Origin: Deltaproteobacteria bacterium
GTDB lineage: Bacteria > Desulfobacterota > Syntrophia > Syntrophales > Smithellaceae
Direction of reading: 5' to 3'
NCBI GenBank assembly: GCA_012729055.1
Contig: JAAYDW010000011.1
Span: 4,402 to 68,401 of the forward strand
DNA length: 64,000 nucleotides
The translations under genes and the position numbers were made by a program. The notes below the pieces were generated by a model. It made no database searches. It was not told the origin of the DNA and worked only from the letters and a program-made list of their open reading frames with translations. This document shows positions 1 through 8,743 of this stretch, piece after piece. Position 1 is the first letter of the stretch, and each line of letters starts with the position of its first letter.

Positions 1-2
1 TC

Positions 3-818
3 CGCTACGACCTCAAAACCATTATTTCCACAGGCTGGCACCATGCCCTGATTCCCGACGAATATCTCATCGCCGAATATTTTCAGACTGAGGCGGATGA
101 AATCGAAAAACTGGAAGCACAGATCAACGAGGCCCAGAGTGAGCTGGCCGAGGCGGTGGAAACGGCGCAGGAAGTGGCCGCTTATGAACCGGAAGAAGAT
201 GAAACGGTCACTGCTTCGGTCATCAAGAAAGCCCTCAAGGATTTGATCGACGACCTTAAAGGCAGTGATGGACAAAGCGCCCGCAAGGAGCTGGCTAATC
301 TGCAAGCTCAGGAAAAAGCCATTACGGATATTGAAAAACGCATTAAAGAGACCAGGGCAAAGCTGAAGCTCAAAACCGATGAACTGGAATTGAAAATTCA
401 GCTCAAACGTCTGGGGGGCGATGAATTCAAAGCAGAAAGCCGCGAACTTCTCAGGCAGGCAGACGCACAACTGGCCGCACTCGATAACAATAACAAAGAC
501 GACAAAAAGAAAATCACGGCGCTCAATAAAGACAAAGCCGCACTCGATGCGCGTCTTGCCAAAACAGACGCCATCCTCACCGCCATCGGCGGCCAACTGA
601 CAGAAGATGATGCCCGCCGCCTCATCCTGAAAAAGCTCTACGACCTGGCTGCCAATGAATTGAGCCGCTACCTCAATGCGGAAAAACGCTCCCTCATCGC
701 GGGCGTGGATAACCTCTGGGACAAATACGCGGTTTCGAGCCGGGAGTTGGAAAATAAAAGGAGCGAGACATTAAAAGAGTTGAACGGTTTCTTGAAGGGG
801 CTGGGGTATCTGGAATGA
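3..818 (+). CDS. hsdM: Type I R-M methyltransferase subunit, C-terminal part (begins before the window)
   Basis: Frame is open from base 3 (RYDLKTIISTGWHHALIPDEYLIAEYF...). Coiled-coil tail ends NLWDKYAVS...FLKGLGYLE, typical of long HsdM tails. Stop overlaps the hsdS ATG (ATGA). Confidence 0.8.
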   Translation, partial: RYDLKTIISTGWHHALIPDEYLIAEYFQTEADEIEKLEAQINEAQSELAEAVETAQEVAAYEPEEDETVTASVIKKALKDLIDDLKGSDGQSARKELANLQAQEKAITDIEKRIKETRAKLKLKTDELELKIQLKRLGGDEFKAESRELLRQADAQLAALDNNNKDDKKKITALNKDKAALDARLAKTDAILTAIGGQLTEDDARRLILKKLYDLAANELSRYLNAEKRSLIAGVDNLWDKYAVSSRELENKRSETLKELNGFLKGLGYLE

Positions 819-2062
819 GTGCTGTGGAGGGTTGGAGTTCATTTACGATTGAACAGTGCTGCGACATTCTCGATAGCAAACGGGTACCAGTTAACTCCGA
901 AGATAGGGATAGGCACGTTGGTGAGATTCCTTATTATGGGGCTAATGGTTTACAGGGTTATATTGATGACTACATTTTTGACGAGCCGCTAATCCTTATT
1001 GCCGAAGATGGCGGTTGTTTCGATGAATTTGCCACTCGTCCGATTGCATATCGCGTAAATGGAAAAAGCTGGGTTAACAATCATGCTCATGTACTCCGAG
1101 CAAAAGAGGGGTTTTATCAAGACGCCATTTTTTATTCTCTTGAACATAAAGATATTCACTCTTTTATCGTAGGTGGAACAAGATCAAAATTGAATCAGAG
1201 CGCGTTGCGCTCAATAGTTGTAGAACTTCCAAAGCAAAAAGCCGAACAAGCAAAAATCGCCGAGATACTTTCGACGGTGGACCGGGCGATTGAGCAGACT
1301 GAGGCGTTGATTGCCAAACAGCAGCGCATCAAGACCGGCCTGATGCAAGACCTCCTCACCCGCGGCATCGACGAACACGGCAACCTCCGCACCGAACAAA
1401 CCCACAAATTCAAAGACTCCCCCTTGGGCCGGATTCCGGTGGAGTGGGAAGTGAAGAAAATTGGCGATGTATTTGATATTCAACTCGGAAAGATGTTGAG
1501 TCAGAAAGCGACTGAGGGACATGCACCTTTCTACTATCTCGGTAATAAAAACGTTCAGTGGGATCAAGTTGATGCATCTGATTTGCAGATGATGGATTTC
1601 GATGAACGTGAACGCCAAAAGTTTGATTTAAAACAAAATGATATTCTCGTCTGCGAGGGTGGGGAGGTAGGACGAACAACTATATGGCGTAATGAAGTTG
1701 CAAACTGTTATTTTCAAAAAGCGATCCACAGATTAAGACCAATTGATAATCAGTATTTTCCAAGTCTATTTCCACGATTCATGAAATGGGCAACCAGAAA
1801 GGGTCTTTTGTCAGACTATACAAGCCAGACCAGCATTGCGCACCTTACACAAGAAAAACTGGCAACAGTGCCAATAATAATCCAAGGTTTATCAGAACAA
1901 CACAGATTAAACGCCGCAGCAGATAAAATAGACGATTATCTTTCTAGTCAAACTGTTTTGTTGACAAAGCTGCACTTAATTAAAACCGCCCTCATGCAAG
2001 ACCTACTCACGGGCAAGAAGCGTGTGCTTGTCTCGACAAGCAATATAGGTACTAATATATGA
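815..2062 (+). CDS. hsdS: Type I R-M specificity subunit
   Basis: Two AT-rich target-recognition domains separated by conserved helices (EQAKIAEILS...KTGLMQDLLTRG; KTALMQDLLTGK) and GRIPVEWEV. Confidence 0.95.
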   Translation: MSAVEGWSSFTIEQCCDILDSKRVPVNSEDRDRHVGEIPYYGANGLQGYIDDYIFDEPLILIAEDGGCFDEFATRPIAYRVNGKSWVNNHAHVLRAKEGFYQDAIFYSLEHKDIHSFIVGGTRSKLNQSALRSIVVELPKQKAEQAKIAEILSTVDRAIEQTEALIAKQQRIKTGLMQDLLTRGIDEHGNLRTEQTHKFKDSPLGRIPVEWEVKKIGDVFDIQLGKMLSQKATEGHAPFYYLGNKNVQWDQVDASDLQMMDFDERERQKFDLKQNDILVCEGGEVGRTTIWRNEVANCYFQKAIHRLRPIDNQYFPSLFPRFMKWATRKGLLSDYTSQTSIAHLTQEKLATVPIIIQGLSEQHRLNAAADKIDDYLSSQTVLLTKLHLIKTALMQDLLTGKKRVLVSTSNIGTNI

Positions 2063-2110
2063 ATCTGTTCCATAGTACAATTCAACCTTATGCATATTTG
2101 GAGATCATTA

Positions 2111-5100
2111 ATGTCCCTTTCAGGCACTGCTTTACCCAAGCCGAAGAACTGGCAAGATTTTGAATGTCAAACACGTGATCTATTTGCTTGTGTACTGAAC
2201 GATTCAAATGCCCAGCGAAACGGAAGGCAGGGGCAACCGCAAAACGGTGTCGATGTCTACGGATATAGAGATAAGGACATAAAATGTCTTGTAGGAGTGC
2301 AGTGTAAAGAGAAGTATAAAGATGACGTTACTGAGGAAGAGCTTCGCGGCGAGGTTAATAAAGCAAAAAGTTTCACTCCTAAAATATCTGAATTCATTCT
2401 CGTTACAACCGCCCCAAGAGATCAGAAGATTCAAAAATCTGCCCGGCTTTTGACTGAGGAATTGGCCCAAACCAGTCATCCTATCCTCGTGTATGTTTGG
2501 GGATGGGAAGATATTGAAGAACATGCCTCAAAATATGATCAAGCATGGAAAGCTTTTGATCAAACTTGGAATCCTTTTACTCAAAGAGGATTTGAAGAAC
2601 TAAACCTAAAAATAGATAAGCTCACAGAGTCATTAAATAAATCTGAAAATGGGATGCGTGCACCCTCATCCAACCCAACTGACCTACGTATAGATGAGAG
2701 TGCCGAAAACACACCGAGACATGGGCAAATAACCGCTTTTCAGCGCGTCATAGACGACGGCCACGTCCGTGATGCCCTTAAACAGCTCACTATGCTTAGA
2801 AGTGATGAGTGGTCAGTTGCAAGTCGTTCTGAGCGTTACAGAATTCTTGTTGCGATCGCTTCTGCAAAATTGAAAATAGGGGAGTACGATCAAGCAGGGA
2901 CCTTGCTTCTGGATGCATATAGCGAATATCCCGAACACAAGAATGCGCGAAAGAACCGAGCGACAGGTCTGCTTCTTTTGCAAGATTATGCGGGCGCAGC
3001 AAAAGTGGCGCGGGAAATTTTGGCAGATGACAGAAATAACGCAGACGCTGCCGGTACGCTTATACAGGCTCTAATAAAAGAGCTCACTTGTAATGATCCC
3101 CTCAAAGAAATTCCAGAGGAACTACGGGAAGCTGAAGCGGTGTTTGTTGCGCACGTGCATTTTTTGCGATGTAGAGATAATCCTGCCTGGATAGAAGTCG
3201 CAAGGACGGCCGAAAAAAAATATCCCGAAAGCCACTTACTGAAGCTATTTGCTGCTGAGGCAGTGCTCGATTCGCTTGCACGCAACGATCGCGATGCATT
3301 AGCAGGCGGCATTCTGAAGAACATAGCCACTCAAGATATTGGTGATGCGGTTGCAACACTATACGCTGAGGCGCGCCAAGCCATCGACAAGGGGTACGCC
3401 CTACTTCCCTCCATAGCTCACAATGCAGCAATGGCGCTTCGGTTCTCCGGCGATCCAGTGAAGGCAAAAGAGATTCTCGATACAGCGATAAAACAATATC
3501 CAAGCGACGAAAACCTTAGGCTTCAACGCGCGATCATTGCTTTTTCAGAAAATGATCCGGCTGGTGCGCTTGCCGTTCTGCCAGACAAACCAGAAGATCC
3601 CGAGGCAATCGGTATCCGAGCTGAAGCACTAGCTGCCACAGGCAAGCCGGATGATGCGCTTTCCTTGATCAATAATACTGCCCAGAGCATACTTCCAGAG
3701 CATGTCAAAACGGCGCTGTTGGCCGTTCGCATTCGTATTTACATAGCTCATGGCGAAAAACAGCTTGCAATCGATACTCTCGCGCAATGTGTCGCAAAGG
3801 AGCCCGAAAACTTCCATCTCAGGGCTTTGCAGATACATCTTCATCGTGCTGCAGGAGACCATGACGGCGCAAAGAGGGCCTTTGAAGAAGCCATTGCGGT
3901 CGTTAACGACCATACTAGCCTCCAATCACGATTGATGTTAAGTTTTGAAGCGCAGAAATTGGGCCGCGATGATGCGATAGTCGGTCTGCTTAAAAACCGT
4001 GTTGCAACCGATCGTGAAAACGAAGGGCTACAAGTCCTGATCGCCTCTTCAATCAATTCAGGCGCATGGGTTACCGCACGTGAAACAGTGGGTTCCATTT
4101 CGACCAATCTTCATAAAACGGAATGGTTTTTAAGAGCAGATGCGATTCTTGCGATCAATACAGGCGATCCGGCGGCAGCTGAGAAGATCGCCCGATATCT
4201 CGCAGGCTGGCCTAATGATGTCCAAATGATATTGGCACAAATTGGTATTTGGCAAAGAGACGGACGAGATATCGATATACAGCGATTGCTACAGAATTTA
4301 GATCTATCTGCTCTGGATGGTCCACCCGGGCAATGTGTTCGTATTGGCGCAGCGATTACCCATTATGAAGACGCATCGAGAGGGCTTAGATACGGCTACT
4401 CGGTCCTTATGGACCATTGGGATGATCCTAAAGCTCATCTTGCATATCAGGGGCTTATATTCCTGAATGACAAAATTGGGGAAGCAATGCCTTCAACAGC
4501 TGTGGTTACCGAGAATACGGTTGTATGCCTTCTTGCTGAAGGGCAAGAACGGCGATACCGTATCGAAAAAGAACATTATGCCTTTTTTAAAGACGAGCAA
4601 TTAAACCCCAAAGATGATCTTGCCATGCTCCTAATTGGTAAAAAACAAGGCGATAATATCGTCATTCGAGAAGGCATTGGCTCAAAAACAGTTCATATTC
4701 TCTGGATTAAACCCATTTACCTCGATGCCTTGCACTGTTCCTTAGACCGATTCAATGAGCGATTCCCCCGCGCAAATGGCCTGCTGAGATTCAAATTCGA
4801 TCCGACAGCAACCGATCCGTTGGAAGATATGCGGGCAATTACAAAGGATCGTGCCGACGCGCATCAACGTATTCTTAGTGATTATCAATCAAAAGGCCTA
4901 CCACTTTCTTTCACGGCCACATTGATAGGGATAGATCCGTTAGATGCATGGCTTGGCCTACCATCAGTCGATATAAAGTTCCACGTTTGTCGCGGTGCCT
5001 TCCCTGAACGTAAAGAGGCACTTTTAACAATAGAGAAGCACGGACGAAAAGGATGTGTACTGGATGCAATTACGCTTTCTGTGGTTCGTCGTCTAGGCGT

Positions 5101-6010
5101 TGAAAGGGCTGTTGCCGAGGTATGCGGGACTATCCATACACCACAAACGGTTATAAATCTTCTGGCGAACCGAGCACTTGAGGCTCAACAGGACATCGGG
5201 AAAAAGAAAGGATTTATGGCTTGGCAGAATGACCGGTTGGTTTTTCAAGAGTATTCGGAAGAAATGATGAAACAAGTGGCGGATGAACGCGTTAAAGAGC
5301 TTGCATGGGCAAGGAGACGGACCGCTATAGCACCTGCCATACCAAAGAAAGATTTTTCAGAAGAGACGCGAAAGATAATTAACATGATTCGCAGTAACGT
5401 TTGTGATCCCGCTATTGCGGCTGATGGTAACGGTCTTTTGCTTTTATCTGAAGATATGGGCTATCGACTTTGGTCGGTATCAACTTTCTCAATACCAGCC
5501 ACATGGTTGCAACCTGTCTTTATAACAGCACGCAATGAGGGCCACCTGACTAGAGCCGAATACTGTGAAGCAATCAATACACTCGCATTAAGCGGCCATA
5601 CCTATATATCTCTGGATAACGATTGTTTGATTCATCAAGCGCGTAAGAATGATTTCACATTAACCACCGAATTGTCCCGCCTTATCGATATATTAGGGGG
5701 TCCATCGGCAGACATTTATGCAAATACCGGTGTGATGGGCAGCTTTATTGACACACTTTTGAATGAATGTGCCGATGACTTCAACGTAAAAAGAATAGTG
5801 AGTGAAATTTTCACGTCCGCAATAAGGGGGCGTGATGAAGATCAACGTAAACTTATAGGATTAATACTGAGGCAGACACATAGAAAAAAGGAATTATTAT
5901 TGGAACATGCATTGGGTTGGCTTATTGGGCACTCACTTGGGATGTCATATTTCAATGACCTACTATTGTTGCAAAAAAATAAACAATTAGGCCGAGATTC
6001 TTACATATAG
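2111..6010 (+). CDS. Large defence-type protein: N-terminal restriction-endonuclease-like domain, TPR repeats, GreA/B C-terminal-like domain, PIN domain
   Basis: NWQDFE...GRQGQPQNGVD...GVQCK (Mrr/PD-(D/E)xK-like); TPR-like helices; 'RRYRI...DDLAMLLIGKKQGDNI' (GreA/B-C-like); 'CVLDAITL...TPQTVI...LLLLSEDMGYR' (PIN-like). GGAG before ATG 2111. AT-richer than the flanks. Confidence 0.75.
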   Translation: MSLSGTALPKPKNWQDFECQTRDLFACVLNDSNAQRNGRQGQPQNGVDVYGYRDKDIKCLVGVQCKEKYKDDVTEEELRGEVNKAKSFTPKISEFILVTTAPRDQKIQKSARLLTEELAQTSHPILVYVWGWEDIEEHASKYDQAWKAFDQTWNPFTQRGFEELNLKIDKLTESLNKSENGMRAPSSNPTDLRIDESAENTPRHGQITAFQRVIDDGHVRDALKQLTMLRSDEWSVASRSERYRILVAIASAKLKIGEYDQAGTLLLDAYSEYPEHKNARKNRATGLLLLQDYAGAAKVAREILADDRNNADAAGTLIQALIKELTCNDPLKEIPEELREAEAVFVAHVHFLRCRDNPAWIEVARTAEKKYPESHLLKLFAAEAVLDSLARNDRDALAGGILKNIATQDIGDAVATLYAEARQAIDKGYALLPSIAHNAAMALRFSGDPVKAKEILDTAIKQYPSDENLRLQRAIIAFSENDPAGALAVLPDKPEDPEAIGIRAEALAATGKPDDALSLINNTAQSILPEHVKTALLAVRIRIYIAHGEKQLAIDTLAQCVAKEPENFHLRALQIHLHRAAGDHDGAKRAFEEAIAVVNDHTSLQSRLMLSFEAQKLGRDDAIVGLLKNRVATDRENEGLQVLIASSINSGAWVTARETVGSISTNLHKTEWFLRADAILAINTGDPAAAEKIARYLAGWPNDVQMILAQIGIWQRDGRDIDIQRLLQNLDLSALDGPPGQCVRIGAAITHYEDASRGLRYGYSVLMDHWDDPKAHLAYQGLIFLNDKIGEAMPSTAVVTENTVVCLLAEGQERRYRIEKEHYAFFKDEQLNPKDDLAMLLIGKKQGDNIVIREGIGSKTVHILWIKPIYLDALHCSLDRFNERFPRANGLLRFKFDPTATDPLEDMRAITKDRADAHQRILSDYQSKGLPLSFTATLIGIDPLDAWLGLPSVDIKFHVCRGAFPERKEALLTIEKHGRKGCVLDAITLSVVRRLGVERAVAEVCGTIHTPQTVINLLANRALEAQQDIGKKKGFMAWQNDRLVFQEYSEEMMKQVADERVKELAWARRRTAIAPAIPKKDFSEETRKIINMIRSNVCDPAIAADGNGLLLLSEDMGYRLWSVSTFSIPATWLQPVFITARNEGHLTRAEYCEAINTLALSGHTYISLDNDCLIHQARKNDFTLTTELSRLIDILGGPSADIYANTGVMGSFIDTLLNECADDFNVKRIVSEIFTSAIRGRDEDQRKLIGLILRQTHRKKELLLEHALGWLIGHSLGMSYFNDLLLLQKNKQLGRDSYI

Positions 6011-6066
6011 ATATTTCTAGTGGATATTGAAACGTTCTGCTTTGATAAAGTATTCTGGTCAATACG

Positions 6067-6208
6067 GTGAAAAAGACAGATAAAAAATAAAACAGCCAAG
6101 CAACTCAAACTCGACGAACGCAACCATGTCGAGAAACCACGCCACGATGAGCTTGACGATTTGGGCTGGGAATGCATTTATAATCAAAAGGAGTCATCCG
6201 CCTTATGA
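6067..6208 (+). pseudogene. Relic copy of the hsdR 5' end
   Basis: 6086-6208 reads NKTAKQLKLDERNHVEKPRHDELDDLGWE...ESSAL*, versus HsdR DKTAQQLLLDERNHVEKPFLDQLHGLGWE. A 7-bp insertion near 6082-6088 puts it out of frame with GTG 6067. Confidence 0.85.
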
Positions 6209-6330
6209 ATCCAAGGGAATCCCAAACCATTGAGTGGAAAGAATCCTGGCGCGATGAATATATTCGCTGGGTCTGCGGTTTTGCCAATGCGCAGGGCGGC
6301 AAGTTGATTATCGGCAAAAACGATAAGGGC
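6189..6330 (+). repeat. 142-bp direct repeat, copy 1 (RBS plus 5' end of the AlbA_2 gene)
   Basis: Matches 7384-7525 with 8 mismatches by manual comparison. Confidence 0.95.
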
Positions 6331-6375
6331 CAAATATCGGGTGCATACCCGAAGCAAAGTGAGGTCAATCAATGA
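6205..6375 (+). pseudogene. 56-aa truncated copy of the AlbA_2 gene N-terminus, coupled to fic
   Basis: MNPRESQTIEWKESWRDEYIRWVCGFANAQGGKLIIGKNDKG then a divergent tail. TGA 6373-6375 overlaps the fic ATG at 6372. Confidence 0.8.
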
Positions 6376-7403
6376 CTAAAAAATACACGCCGCCTTATCA
6401 CATCACGCCTGCGATTCTGCACTTAGTGGTGCAGATCGGCGAGGCTCTGGGAAAGCTCCATGTGCCAGACGACAGCACGAATGTTCCTCTCCTGCGGCGA
6501 GGCAACCGCATTAAGACCATTCAGGCTTCCCTGGCGATTGAAGGCAACACGCTTACCCTGGAGCAAGTTACGGCTTTGCTTGACGGCAAACGGGTTCTGG
6601 GAATGCCCCGTGAGGTTCAGGAAGTGCGCAACGCCTTTGCAGCGTACGAGAAACTACCGGACTGGTCGCCGTACTCCCGCTCCGATCTTCTTGCCGCACA
6701 TGCCTTGCTGATGGCCGGGCTCGTTGATGAAAGCGGGCATTTCCGTTCAGGCGGGGTCGGTATCTGCCAGGGTAAAAAGGTTGTGCATGTCGCACCACCT
6801 GCCGACCGGGTGGCCGCGCTGGTTGACGATCTGCTTTTCTGGCTAAAAAACACCGACGAGCATCCCCTTGTTGCCAGTTGCATCTTTCATTATGAATTCG
6901 AGTTCATCCATCCCTTTCAGGACGGCAACGGCAGGCTGGGCCGCCTCTGGCAGACACTTGTTCTTAGTCAATGGCGACCGGTTTTTGCCATGCTCCCGGT
7001 GGAAAGCATCATTCGCGACCGGCAACAAGAATACTATAAAGCCCTTAGCACAGCAGACCGGGCGGTAGATGCAACTGCTTTTATTGAATTTATGATGAGC
7101 GCCATTTTGCAGGCCATTGAAGAAGCAACCTTCACAAGCGACCAAGGAATAGACCATCAAAGCGACCAAGTAATCCGCTTGCTCCAAGCGCTCAGGAAAG
7201 CAAGACGGAGCGCTTCCGATGTTATGACCGAACTGGGGCTGGCCCACAGGCCGACGTTCCGGAAAAACTATCTGCATCCTGCCCTTGAGGCAGGGTTGAT
7301 TGAGATGATCCATCCCGAGACACCCCGCGCCCGAAACCAGAAGTATCGCCTGACGGCTCGCGGTGAAAAACTGCTGAAAACTGAGGAGTCATCCGCCTTA
7401 TGA
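6372..7403 (+). CDS. Fic family protein with C-terminal HTH
   Basis: Canonical HPFQDGNGRLGR motif, SLAIEGN motif, C-terminal wHTH ending NQKYRLT. Confidence 0.93.
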   Translation: MTKKYTPPYHITPAILHLVVQIGEALGKLHVPDDSTNVPLLRRGNRIKTIQASLAIEGNTLTLEQVTALLDGKRVLGMPREVQEVRNAFAAYEKLPDWSPYSRSDLLAAHALLMAGLVDESGHFRSGGVGICQGKKVVHVAPPADRVAALVDDLLFWLKNTDEHPLVASCIFHYEFEFIHPFQDGNGRLGRLWQTLVLSQWRPVFAMLPVESIIRDRQQEYYKALSTADRAVDATAFIEFMMSAILQAIEEATFTSDQGIDHQSDQVIRLLQALRKARRSASDVMTELGLAHRPTFRKNYLHPALEAGLIEMIHPETPRARNQKYRLTARGEKLLKTEESSAL

Positions 7404-7525
7404 ATCCCAAGGAATCCCAAAACATTGAGTGGAAAGAAGCCTGGCGCGATGAATATATCCGCTGGGTCTGCGGTTTTGCCAATGCCCAGGGCGGCAAGTT
7501 GATTATCGGTAAAAACGATAAAGGC
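7384..7525 (+). repeat. 142-bp direct repeat, copy 2
   Basis: Partner of 6189-6330. The two copies bracket fic. Confidence 0.95.
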
Positions 7526-8743
7526 GTGATCCTGGGCGTAGCCAATGCCAAGAAGCTTCTGGAAGACATCCCCAACAAGATCAAGGATATTCTGGGAATT
7601 ATCGTTGATGTCAATCTGCGGGTTGAAAAGGGCAAAGACCTGATTGAAATTGTTGTGGAACCCTACCCTTATCCTGTAAGCTACAAGGGGGAGTATTATT
7701 ATCGCAGCGGCAGCACCAAACAGGAATTAAAAGGGGCAGCCCTCGATAAGTTTTTGCTGGAAAAGCAGGGCAAGCGCTGGGATGCGGTGCCGGTGCCCCG
7801 GGTGGCCATGGCCGATTTGAAGAAAGACTCTTTTGATTTGTTTCGCGCGAAAGCGGCCAAAAGCGGGCGCGTGAGCGATGAGGTTTTGTCGGAAGGCAAT
7901 GCTTCGCTGATTGAGAATTTGAATCTGAAGGAAGGCCATTATCTCAAACGCGCCGCCATTTTACTTTTCCACCAGAATCCGGAAAAGTGGGTGGTCGGCT
8001 CGTATATCAAAATCGGTTATTTTCGCACGGATGCCGATCTGCTTTATCAGGATGAAATTCATGGCAGTCTGTTTGTCCAGGCTGAAAAAACTTTGGACCT
8101 ATTGCTCACCAAATATCTGAAAGCGTCTATCAGTTATGAAGGGATCAGCCGTGTGGAGCGGTTTCCTTTTCCGAAGGCCGCTTTGCGGGAAGCCTTGTTA
8201 AATGCGATTGTGCACAAGGACTATGGCGGCGGCGCGCCCATCCAGATCAGCGTGTATGAAGATAAAATCTATTTTTGGAATGACGGCCAGTTGCCCGAAA
8301 ACTGGACGGTGGCGCAGTTGTTGGCCAAGCATGCCTCCAAGCCTTTTAATCCTCTCATTGCCAATGCCTTCTTCCGGGCGGGAATGATTGAATCCTGGGG
8401 GCGGGGCATCGAAAAAATTCGACAGGAATGCAAAGCAGCCGGCATGCCGTTGCCGGAATATCGAACGGATGCGTCGGGGTTGATGGTAAAATTCAAGGCA
8501 GGTATCCTGAAGAAAGAAAAAACGCCGGTGAAAACGCCGGTGAAAACGCCGGTGAAAACGCCGCAGAAGATCGTTGCCTTGCTGGAGAACGACGGCAGTC
8601 TTTCAATTGTGGAACTGGCAAAACAAATCGGAAGATCTGCCAGCGCTGTTGAACGGGCCATACGAAAATTGCGGGAAGCAGGAACGATTGAACATATCGG
8701 CCCGGCCAAAGGTGGTCATTGGGTGGTCAAGGAGAAACAATGA
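7400..8743 (+). CDS. AlbA_2 (Schlafen-like) + HATPase_c_4 + HTH protein (often annotated RecG-like or transcriptional regulator)
   Basis: ESQNIEWK...FANAQGGKLIIG, ALREALLNAIVHKDY, NPLIANAF...IESWGRGI, C-terminal HTH ending IGPAKGGHWVV. Confidence 0.9.
   Translation: MNPKESQNIEWKEAWRDEYIRWVCGFANAQGGKLIIGKNDKGVILGVANAKKLLEDIPNKIKDILGIIVDVNLRVEKGKDLIEIVVEPYPYPVSYKGEYYYRSGSTKQELKGAALDKFLLEKQGKRWDAVPVPRVAMADLKKDSFDLFRAKAAKSGRVSDEVLSEGNASLIENLNLKEGHYLKRAAILLFHQNPEKWVVGSYIKIGYFRTDADLLYQDEIHGSLFVQAEKTLDLLLTKYLKASISYEGISRVERFPFPKAALREALLNAIVHKDYGGGAPIQISVYEDKIYFWNDGQLPENWTVAQLLAKHASKPFNPLIANAFFRAGMIESWGRGIEKIRQECKAAGMPLPEYRTDASGLMVKFKAGILKKEKTPVKTPVKTPVKTPQKIVALLENDGSLSIVELAKQIGRSASAVERAIRKLREAGTIEHIGPAKGGHWVVKEKQ
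8519..8563 (+). repeat. In-frame 12-bp tandem repeat (AAAACGCCGGTG)x3.75 encoding KTPV repeats
   Basis: Read directly from the sequence. Confidence 0.95.

Noticed and set aside
1331-2014. Repeats in hsdS (1331-1360 and 1982-2011) as a phase-variation shufflon
   Set aside because: They are the normal direct conserved regions of HsdS. There are no inverted copies, silent hsdS or recombinase in the window.
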